Source of the DNA: Candidatus Lustribacter sp.
Lineage (GTDB): Bacteria; Vulcanimicrobiota; Vulcanimicrobiia; Vulcanimicrobiales; Vulcanimicrobiaceae
Assembly: GCA_965277805.1 (NCBI GenBank)
Contig: OZ255842.1
Span: 4,768,001 to 4,832,000, forward strand
Direction of reading: 5' to 3'
DNA: 64,000 nucleotides
The notes under the pieces were generated by a model that was not told the DNA's origin, ran no database searches, and was given only the letters and a program-made list of their open reading frames with translations. Shown in pieces: positions 48,319 through 56,079 of the stretch. The first letter of the stretch is position 1; the number at the start of each line of letters is the position of its first letter. The translations under genes were made by a program, and so were the position numbers.

Positions 48319-49076
48319 GGCTGGAAGCCGGCGCTCTTCCAGACTGCCGCCCGGGCCGGACTCGTGGCGTCGGCAATGAACGCGCGCGCATCGTCGGGCG
48401 AGGTCGACCCCTTTGCTACCGCGACCGAGTACGTGATGTAATTCTGCAGCGCCGCCGGAAACGGTCCCGCAACGGCGACACCTTTCACGGGCACGATTTC
48501 GCTGATGTTCTGAACGCAAAGCGCGGCCTTACCGCTCGCGACGAGATCGCAAGAGAAGCCGCCCGGCACTAGGGTCTCCTTCGGGCGCACGGCGTCTGCG
48601 ATGCCCATCTTTTGCAACAGCCCCGCAAAGTAGATTCCGCTCGAGGCGCCCGCGGCCGGATCGGTCGTGGCGATCGACGGCGCGGCGAGGAGTGTCGCCT
48701 TGAGGGCATCAGGGGTCGACAGATCCGGTACGGCTGCGCCCGCGCGTATCCCGACGCCGATGCCGGTCCGGCCGAGATCGACGCGCGTGCCGGCAATGAT
48801 GCCGCCGTTCGTCGTTAGCGTGTCGAGCGCGGGAGCGGAAAGTACGACGACGTCGGCGTGTGCGCCGGCTGCAAGCTTGGCCGTTATTTGGCCGGCCGTT
48901 CCTTCGGTCACGACCACCGCGCGCCCGTGCGCACGTTCGAAGTCGTGGGCGAATTGTTCGATGACCGCCGAGGCTGCGCCGGCGCAAAGCACCGTGATCG
49001 GCTCCGCGGCGCGAGCGGTCAGCGCGGACGCGGTTGATGCAAGGGCGACGAGTGCAGCGATGATGGCGATGCGCAT
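48315..49076 (-). CDS. ModA-like substrate-binding protein, secreted
   Basis: Signal peptide MRIAIIAAL; LGRTGIGVG, GASSGIY, ISEI. Confidence 0.82.
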   Translation of the reverse strand: MRIAIIAALVALASTASALTARAAEPITVLCAGAASAVIEQFAHDFERAHGRAVVVTEGTAGQITAKLAAGAHADVVVLSAPALDTLTTNGGIIAGTRVDLGRTGIGVGIRAGAAVPDLSTPDALKATLLAAPSIATTDPAAGASSGIYFAGLLQKMGIADAVRPKETLVPGGFSCDLVASGKAALCVQNISEIVPVKGVAVAGPFPAALQNYITYSVAVAKGSTSPDDARAFIADATSPARAAVWKSAGFQP

Positions 49077-49138
49077 ATGGCGTGTGACCGGAGGGGCGCG
49101 CCGAGGAGTTGCGCTTTGCGGCAACGGAACTGCTCTGC

Positions 49139-49828
49139 ATGACGACGATAACCGCGATTTCATCGATGGCAACGCGCCAGCTTCTGAACGACCTTTCCCA
49201 TGCGTTCGAGCAGAACGCGCAGTGGAAAGTGGAGGTCGAATCGATGGGCGGCGTCGACGCGGCGCGCATCATACGCGAGGGCAAGCCGTTCGACGTCATC
49301 GTGCTCGCCTCGAACGTGATGGAGCAGCTGGAAAAGGACGGCTGGATCGTCCCCGGCTCGCGCGCTGATATCGCTCGCTCGGGCGTCGCCGTTGCCGTGC
49401 GTTCGGGCCTGCCGCATCCCGCAATCGCGAGCGAAGAAGACGTCAAGCAGGCGGTTCTGGGATCGAAGAAGATCAGCTACTCGAGTGGCCCGTCCGGTGA
49501 TCATCTGAAGCGACTCTTCGCCCGCTGGAACATTGCCGAACAAATGGCCGATCGCACGGTCGAAGCGAGACCGGGGATTCCCGTCGGCTCGCTCTTGGCG
49601 CGCGGAGATGCCGATCTCGGTTTCCAGCAACTGAGCGAATTTCTCGATCTGGACGGTATCGATATCGTCGGTCCGCTGCCGGAGGCGATCCAAACGATCA
49701 CGGTCTTCACTGCCGGCGTCGGCACGCGGTCCGCGCACCCGGACGGCGCGCGCGCTTACGTCCAGCACCTCATTTCGCCGGCGACCGCCGCGGCCAAAGA
49801 GAAGCTTGGTATGGAGGCCGCTGCGTAA
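49139..49828 (+). CDS. ModA-like substrate-binding-fold protein, no signal peptide
   Basis: ISSMATR, ESMGGVDA, SGPSG, GFQQLSE. Confidence 0.82.
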   Translation: MTTITAISSMATRQLLNDLSHAFEQNAQWKVEVESMGGVDAARIIREGKPFDVIVLASNVMEQLEKDGWIVPGSRADIARSGVAVAVRSGLPHPAIASEEDVKQAVLGSKKISYSSGPSGDHLKRLFARWNIAEQMADRTVEARPGIPVGSLLARGDADLGFQQLSEFLDLDGIDIVGPLPEAIQTITVFTAGVGTRSAHPDGARAYVQHLISPATAAAKEKLGMEAAA

Positions 49829-49838
49829 GTCGCCCGTC

Positions 49839-50942
49839 CTAGTGCACGTAGCCGCGCTCGCGGTAATATTTGAGCGCGCCGGGGGCCATCGGAATCACGG
49901 GGCTGACGGCGACTGAGTGGATGTCGTAATACCATGGGTCGCCGTACATCCGGAAGAGGTCCTGATGCTGGTCGAGCGCTTTGGCCACGGCATAGGTGAA
50001 GCTGTCGGGTGCGTCGGCACGCACGTAGATGACGTTCTCCGAGCGCGTGACGGTCGGTACCGGCCGTTCGACGCCGCGCAGCAATGCGATCGGTGCGTCG
50101 GCGCGCCGATAACTGCCTTGCGCGACGATCGTTGTGCGAAGCTGTTCCGGCATGTCAAAGAAAACGAGGTCATCGAGTTGGCTCGCTTCATACCACAGGC
50201 GCTGCTCCGGCGTGTCGGCGAGAAGTGCGCCGCCGATGAACAGGTCGGCCTGAGCGCGCCCTACGCGATCCCCGGTTTTCACAAAGCCTCCGCCGTGCGC
50301 TTTTAAGCCGTCCTCGGTGATCCCGTAGTAATCGAGGATGGCTTGCGTCGCTTGATCGCGCGGCGGGAAGGCGATCCAGGTCGGCGCCATGCGGTCCTTG
50401 ACTTGCGAGAGATCCGTGATGCCGGATTTCTTGGTTGCCGCCATCATCATGAAATTTGGTTGATGCACGACCGCGATGATGCGGTAGTTGTGGCGAGTCT
50501 TATGATCCTTCGCGTATGGTCCCGTTCCGTTCCAAGCGGCGATCAAATTGGTCAGGCTGGTCGCGCTGATATCGGGAACGGCGTCCGGCGGATTTTCAAT
50601 GTACGAACTCACTTGATCGTCGACGGGAATCGTCGGGAAAATCGGTTTGAGGCGATCGGCCATCTCACGTGGACCATATTCGGACCAGCAGACAAAGCAA
50701 ATTTTCACGTCATAATCGATCGGTTTCATCGCCGCTTGCGTGATGAGTGCGAGCACCCCCCACGGGCAGGCCTTGCACGCGCCGGCGAAGACCGGACGTT
50801 TGATCGCGATCCCCGTTGCACCGATATTGACGAGCTTCAACGGAACGGTTGCGGGCGCGGGCTCTTGCGCCTGTGAGAAGCTTTGCGTCGAGAGGAGAAA
50901 GCAGAGTGCAACGATGGTGGCCACCCAGGCGCCGAATCGCAT
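49839..50942 (-). CDS. TAXI-family solute-binding protein with two CxxC motifs
   Basis: Signal peptide; GACKACPWG, ICFVCW; IPMAPGALKYYRERGY. Confidence 0.8.
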   Translation of the reverse strand: MRFGAWVATIVALCFLLSTQSFSQAQEPAPATVPLKLVNIGATGIAIKRPVFAGACKACPWGVLALITQAAMKPIDYDVKICFVCWSEYGPREMADRLKPIFPTIPVDDQVSSYIENPPDAVPDISATSLTNLIAAWNGTGPYAKDHKTRHNYRIIAVVHQPNFMMMAATKKSGITDLSQVKDRMAPTWIAFPPRDQATQAILDYYGITEDGLKAHGGGFVKTGDRVGRAQADLFIGGALLADTPEQRLWYEASQLDDLVFFDMPEQLRTTIVAQGSYRRADAPIALLRGVERPVPTVTRSENVIYVRADAPDSFTYAVAKALDQHQDLFRMYGDPWYYDIHSVAVSPVIPMAPGALKYYRERGYVH

Positions 50943-51153
50943 ATGAGCCTCCCAGAAAAACCGTTTGCTCCCCGCTACTACCGCGAGCTCACACCTTTAG
51001 CCCTGCCTGACCGCGTGCGCGCGACGAAAGAATTGCCGGAACATGCTTGAGTGAGCGAACCTACACGGCGGATGAAAGACGCGGCTTCCGGTGTAAGTCT
51101 AAAAGCGAGCTTACTGGTCGGTGCAATGCGGAGAGCACTGGTTCACGTATTGT

Positions 51154-51470
51154 GTGTTCGGCAAGCCGCGGTATTGGCTGCTGGCCGGTGCGGTTTCGGT
51201 ACTCTTTTTCGTCGGATGTTTCGTGTTCGCGCATCTGCAACCGGCAATGCCGCTCTACAACGGCGGCGACTGCCAACCGCCAGCTGCGCTAAAACGGATG
51301 CGAAATCCACGATCGCGGCGACGACGTACCCGGCCAAGAAGATGCTCTGCGCCGCGCACATCAACCGTCAGGGCGGCATCAACTACACGACGTTCGATGC
51401 CACGTCCACTTGCCGCGAGCAGCAAAGCCTCAATCACATCGAAATCGTGGTCGCGCCACCCTCGCGCTAA
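51154..51470 (+). pseudogene. small membrane-anchored Cys-containing protein, apparently frameshifted
   Basis: TM helix YWLLAGAVSVLFFVGCFVF in one frame, TASCAK...HIEIVV in another; junction near 51275. Confidence 0.4.
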
Positions 51471-52039
51471 CGGGTGCCGGAGATGACCGCGAAACGGCTG
51501 ATCAGCTCCTGAGCTGACGACGCGCTGTCGACGAGCTTCTCCCGAGCGAACGCATCGACGGTTGTCTGGAGATCGCCGCAGTCAACGTAGCCCGCGTAGG
51601 CGTTATCACGAAGCGCTCTCGTGAAGCGCGCTATTGCGTAGTGCTTCGCTTCGAGCACGTGCGGCAACCCGACGTACCCGAAGTCCATCCCGTCTCTCAT
51701 CGCAACGAATTGTAACGGAAGCTGTTGCGCGTGTGCGCGAGCGGCGGTCAGCGTGTCGGTGAATGCTACATCCGCGGTGCCTTCGGAAATCGCGGCCACG
51801 GCCTCGGCAGCACCGGACAATGTCGCCGCCTGCACGTCCAACCCGTATTCCCGGAAAAGGCCGGCCGTGACGTCGTGGCTTAGCTTTTCCCAGCCTGCCA
51901 TCGGGAAGCCGGCGATGCGCAGCACGTGCAGACGCTGCTCTCGTGCGATGCGCGCCGTGAACGCGCCGCTGCAAAGAGAGGTCGTCGTCAGCACGATCGG
52001 CCGGCGCGCCGTCAGCGCTCTCATCGCATCGTTCAGCAT
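51467..52039 (-). CDS. truncated NitT/TauT-like substrate-binding protein
   Basis: GLFREYGLDV...AVAAISEGTADVAF; only 190 aa. Confidence 0.6.
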   Translation of the reverse strand: MLNDAMRALTARRPIVLTTTSLCSGAFTARIAREQRLHVLRIAGFPMAGWEKLSHDVTAGLFREYGLDVQAATLSGAAEAVAAISEGTADVAFTDTLTAARAHAQQLPLQFVAMRDGMDFGYVGLPHVLEAKHYAIARFTRALRDNAYAGYVDCGDLQTTVDAFAREKLVDSASSAQELISRFAVISGTR

Positions 52040-52051
52040 GCTATGCCTGCA

Positions 52052-52579
52052 TTACGGATAGAGCACATCGCTGGCGTCACGGACGATGAATTTGTCGGGC
52101 CGCGCGATGAAGTCGAGCACGATCGCAGCCACAGCCTCGACGCGGTCGCGATCGAGTGCGTGGCCGGCGGCGTAAATCATGATCGGATGCGCGCGCGGCA
52201 ACGCGGCACACAGCGCGGCCGCCGCGCTCGGCGGAACGCGCGTGTCATCCGTGCCGAGCAGCAGCAGAATCGGAATATCGGGAGCCGCTTGCGGTGCCGG
52301 CAGCGGCGCGAGTTCGGGCGCGAGCAACACGAGGGCCGCGCACGCCTCACCCATTGCGCCGGCGAGAGTTAGCGCGGCCGCGGCGCCGCTCGATTGACCG
52401 ATCAGCACGAACGGGCCGAGCGGTGGCGATACCGCCGCCACGGCGCGCGCGTCCGCCGTCGCTGCAGGCAGGCTAACCACGCGGTGATCCCGAGCAAGCC
52501 GATCGGCAAGCGGCGAAGCGCCGGCCGCGTCGGCGGACAGCAGCCAGAGGACGGCCCGGCTATTTTTATCGCTAGACAT
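52052..52579 (-). CDS. short alpha/beta hydrolase-fold protein
   Basis: LIGQSSGA, LLLGTDD, AGH. Confidence 0.7.
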   Translation of the reverse strand: MSSDKNSRAVLWLLSADAAGASPLADRLARDHRVVSLPAATADARAVAAVSPPLGPFVLIGQSSGAAAALTLAGAMGEACAALVLLAPELAPLPAPQAAPDIPILLLLGTDDTRVPPSAAAALCAALPRAHPIMIYAAGHALDRDRVEAVAAIVLDFIARPDKFIVRDASDVLYP

Positions 52580-53681
52580 CAGCAGTCTCTCGCAGTTGGG
52601 GCAACACCTTATTTGCGAACAGTGCCATCGAGTTGAGCGTCCGATCGCCGAGTTCGAATGCGGGGATCAGATCGAAGATACCGGCACCGAGTTGACGGCG
52701 GATGCGCTGTGCTTGCGCGAGCACGGTAGCGGGACTGCCGAGCATGATCTGACCGAGTTCGAGACGGTCCGCGAGTTCGAAGTGGCGGCGCACGCGGCCG
52801 CCCTGCCGCACGTGATCGGCGCCGTAATAGCCGGTGCCCGCGATCGTCGCCTCGAGCGCTTGATTTGCAAGAACCGGACTGCCGCGCTGGCGACGTGCGT
52901 GGCTCGCTTCGAAATCTGCGTTGGCTTGCTCGTCGGTATCGGCGACGTGAAATCCGAGGCGATACAAAACGTGATCGGGCGTGGGGGTCCAACCAACTTC
53001 GTTTGCTGCGGCGCGATAGCGGCCCGCGGCCTCCGTCGCAAGCGGCAGCGTCGTCACCGCGAGCCCAAGCGAAACGCGGTTTCGCCCTGCGAAGGCGGCC
53101 GATTCCGGGCTCGAGCCCGACATGAAAATCGGCGGATGCGGATGCTGAACGGGACGCGGCCAGATCGAGATCGCACGAAACTCGAAGAAGCGGCCCTGCC
53201 AGCCGAACGGCACCGGCTGCGTCCATGCCTCGCGGATGAGGAGCAGCGCCTCTTCGAAGCGCGCCCGTGATTCCGCCGGATTGGTATTGTAGGTAACGTT
53301 TTCGTTGGGCGTTCCGCGCAACATGCCGGCGATGATGCGGCCGTTGCTCATCGTGTCGAGCATCGCCACTTCCTCGGCGACGCGAACCGGGTTTAACATC
53401 GGCACGAGCGAGCCGAGGAGCGCGATCTTCGCGCGCTTTACGACCTGCGTCATCGCGCCGGCAAACACCGTCGGATTCGGGGTGAGCGAGAAGGGCCCGA
53501 AGTGATGCTCGGTAAGCCCGACCCAATCGTAACCCTGCTCGTCGGCCAATTTGAACTGCGCCAGCGAGTTGGACATCGAGCGATCAGCTTCCTCAGACAG
53601 ATAGCCGTCGATCGGGGTCGGCCAGCCGTCGGCGACGCCACCGCCGTAGAATACCGGGGAAGTGAATGAAGCCTGGAACAT
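52572..53681 (-). CDS. LLM-class flavin-dependent oxidoreductase
   Basis: TEHH, NPVRVAEEVAMLD, IWPRPVQHPHPP. Confidence 0.9.
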   Translation of the reverse strand: MFQASFTSPVFYGGGVADGWPTPIDGYLSEEADRSMSNSLAQFKLADEQGYDWVGLTEHHFGPFSLTPNPTVFAGAMTQVVKRAKIALLGSLVPMLNPVRVAEEVAMLDTMSNGRIIAGMLRGTPNENVTYNTNPAESRARFEEALLLIREAWTQPVPFGWQGRFFEFRAISIWPRPVQHPHPPIFMSGSSPESAAFAGRNRVSLGLAVTTLPLATEAAGRYRAAANEVGWTPTPDHVLYRLGFHVADTDEQANADFEASHARRQRGSPVLANQALEATIAGTGYYGADHVRQGGRVRRHFELADRLELGQIMLGSPATVLAQAQRIRRQLGAGIFDLIPAFELGDRTLNSMALFANKVLPQLRETADV

Positions 53682-53776
53682 GTCTTACGAATCTACTGCC
53701 AGATACGCACGATACCATTGTGCGCTCAAAGGCTGACCCGCGGAGCGGGCCGAAAATCTCCGCCGAGGTAACATCG

Positions 53777-54367
53777 ATGGCTGAAACATTCGAAACCCGC
53801 CGCGAACTGCAGCTCAACGTATCAGCCGATCAGGCGTGGGAATGGTTGTCGAACATCGGTAACGCGATGACGGTCAATCAATTCCACGTGGGGCTCGACT
53901 GCGATCCGGCCGATTTTCGTGACCCCAGCGTCGGGCTCGACGTGCCGATCGTACACGAGATCTACGGCAAGCGACACGTGCGCCTCGGCAAGATCACGCA
54001 GTACGGCGATTACGAAATTGCCTGGGGCGAACGTCTGCCCGATCCAAGCGTCAAGGATACGTTCCCGCACAGCGAAGGCTGGAAAGTGGAATCGCTCGGG
54101 CCCAGCTCGTGTGTTCTTCGCAACCGAATCCGCGGACGGCCGATGTACCCGCTGGTGGAGATTATCGGCAAGGAATTGTGGGACCAGCGCATGCCGTTGA
54201 TCCTAGACAACGACCTTCAAGATGTTGCGTTCACGCTGGGTGCGATCGAAAACAAACAGCACTTCGAACTACCACCGCTGGTTTCGGTGCTCCATCGGCT
54301 CGCTCAAGCGCGCGAGATCAACGGAATGGAAGCGAAAGAATTCTTCGACTCGCTCGCACAGCAGTAA
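53777..54367 (+). CDS. hypothetical protein, SRPBCC-like
   Basis: GAGG SD; VSADQAWEWL N-terminus. Confidence 0.6.
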   Translation: MAETFETRRELQLNVSADQAWEWLSNIGNAMTVNQFHVGLDCDPADFRDPSVGLDVPIVHEIYGKRHVRLGKITQYGDYEIAWGERLPDPSVKDTFPHSEGWKVESLGPSSCVLRNRIRGRPMYPLVEIIGKELWDQRMPLILDNDLQDVAFTLGAIENKQHFELPPLVSVLHRLAQAREINGMEAKEFFDSLAQQ

Positions 54368-54511
54368 CAATCTTATCGAAACCGTTATCCTTTCGCGGCA
54401 TAAACTTAACCGACACCGCCCGCGAAGGCGGGGTGCTCATGCGAGAGCAGAGGAAGCCTCGACGTAAGCGGCAGCTTTGCCGTTGTGTGGGCCCAGTGCC
54501 GGAGATGCTTT

Positions 54512-54907
54512 ATGCAGAAGACTATTGGACTTTTTTTGATGTTATTGTTGCTAAGCGCCACGAACGCGAACGCGGCGACGACGACGTGGTTTGACGGCGC
54601 GCAATTCCAGAATCATACGAACTCGCCGGTTTGGGTGACGATTTATGAGTCGCCGCTGCCGATCGTCGGGCCGTGGAAGATCGTCAAAGCTGCTTGCGTC
54701 GCGATGCAATCATTTGGCTCGTGGAACTACCTGCCGACGACGCAGTACATGAAAATCAGAGCGCAGGCGATCAAGGGACATGGCGACTGCAATGACGGCA
54801 CGTATTGGGACGGCAGCGTATCCGGCACGGCGAACATGAACGGCGGCTCGATGTCGGCACAGATCAATACGCTGCCCGGCGGCGCGTCGAAACTCACCTC
54901 GCCCTAA
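54512..54907 (+). CDS. small secreted beta-rich protein
   Basis: Signal peptide MQKTIGLFLMLLLLSATNANA; NHT..VWVTIY; two Cys. Confidence 0.65.
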   Translation: MQKTIGLFLMLLLLSATNANAATTTWFDGAQFQNHTNSPVWVTIYESPLPIVGPWKIVKAACVAMQSFGSWNYLPTTQYMKIRAQAIKGHGDCNDGTYWDGSVSGTANMNGGSMSAQINTLPGGASKLTSP

Positions 54908-54926
54908 GCGCGACCCCGAAACAACC

Positions 54927-54945
54927 GGCCGGGGTTAGTCCCGGC
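54927..54945. terminator. hairpin between convergent genes
   Basis: GCCGGG...CCCGGC stem; no clear U-tract. Confidence 0.3.
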
Positions 54946-55287
54946 TTAGTTGACGTAGCAGTTCTTGAAGTCTTTGTCCGCGGTAACGGTGTACGTGGCG
55001 CTGCCCGTTCTGTTTTTCGGCAGGCACGTGAGTGCGAATCCGGGACTCGTCGTAATGCTGGCGTACACCGTTTTGACGGTACAAAGACCGGGCTTGGCGG
55101 TGAACGTCGCACCCGGAACGAGTTGCATGCCGCGGTCGTCTTTGCAAAAATTCGTATGATACGTGATGGTAATCAAGGCCACTTTGGTCGTCTTGTTTAC
55201 GACTTGCAGCGACGCGGCCGAGGCCGGCTGAACCCAAGACATCGCGAGAAGCACACCGGCGAACGCGAGTAAATGCGCTTTTTTCAT
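54946..55287 (-). CDS. small secreted Cys-containing protein
   Basis: Signal peptide MKKAHLLAFAGVLLAMSWVQPASA; four Cys in the mature part. Confidence 0.7.
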   Translation of the reverse strand: MKKAHLLAFAGVLLAMSWVQPASAASLQVVNKTTKVALITITYHTNFCKDDRGMQLVPGATFTAKPGLCTVKTVYASITTSPGFALTCLPKNRTGSATYTVTADKDFKNCYVN

Positions 55288-55343
55288 GGCTACTAGGGCT
55301 ACGGCCGACAAGGGGTTTCCTGCTACGCCGGGCGGCCAACCGG

Positions 55344-55359
55344 CGTGATGCGCATCACG
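55344..55359. promoter_or_regulatory. CRP/FNR-family-like binding site
   Basis: Perfect palindrome CGTGA-TGCGCA-TCACG between divergent genes. Confidence 0.5.
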
Positions 55360-55473
55360 ATGGCAAAGCTGCGATTAGTTGCACAAAGATAGCGCTTGCT
55401 TTTCTGGTGGGGTTCTCGTCTTGGCAAGCTAAGCTTATTCACTTACCTTCCGACGATCCGATTGCGGGTGCTT

Positions 55474-56079
55474 GTGTCTATTACTCGCCTAGCGGCCCTG
55501 GCAGCTCTTTTCGTTGTGACTGCCGGTGCACCAACGATTGCCCAAACGCAAAGCCCACCGTCGCTTACGATCAAGACGCTAGCCTCGGTGAAGACCAGCG
55601 CCGTTCCGGCCGGCCCGCTTTTTTGGCGCCTCGAGACGTTCCCGACGTTGTCGCTCGCGCAATCGGCTGCCGGCCCTTCCGCGTTAGCGGTTCAATCCGG
55701 CGGACGAAACTGGTTGATCACCCTCGGACCTGCAGGTGGCGCATCGGCGGGAGGCACGAAGGTTGCCGAGGTCGGTCCGCTTCCAGCGGTTACGGCCACG
55801 AATTATATGTTGCAAGTGAACGAAGCGAGTGGACCGCCCGGTGCTATAACTCCGCAGCATTCGCACCCCGGCTCCGAAACGTTCTACGTCCTCAACGGCG
55901 AGACGACAAGTCGGACGCCGGACGGGGTGATGCATGTATCGGCAGGGCATGCCGAAATCGGGCACGTTGCCGGCACTCCGATGCAAGTTTCGAGTTCGGG
56001 CACAACGGATCTGCTGTCGCTCGTGATGTTCTTGGTTGACGCCGATCAGCCGTTTTCGACGCCGGCCAAACTTCCATAA
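55474..56079 (+). CDS. secreted cupin domain protein
   Basis: Signal peptide; HSHPGSETFYVL; start uncertain. Confidence 0.78.
   Translation: MSITRLAALAALFVVTAGAPTIAQTQSPPSLTIKTLASVKTSAVPAGPLFWRLETFPTLSLAQSAAGPSALAVQSGGRNWLITLGPAGGASAGGTKVAEVGPLPAVTATNYMLQVNEASGPPGAITPQHSHPGSETFYVLNGETTSRTPDGVMHVSAGHAEIGHVAGTPMQVSSSGTTDLLSLVMFLVDADQPFSTPAKLP

Noticed and set aside
51000-51150. Possible riboswitch in the intergenic region
   Set aside because: Only weak hairpins; no match to a riboswitch consensus I recognise
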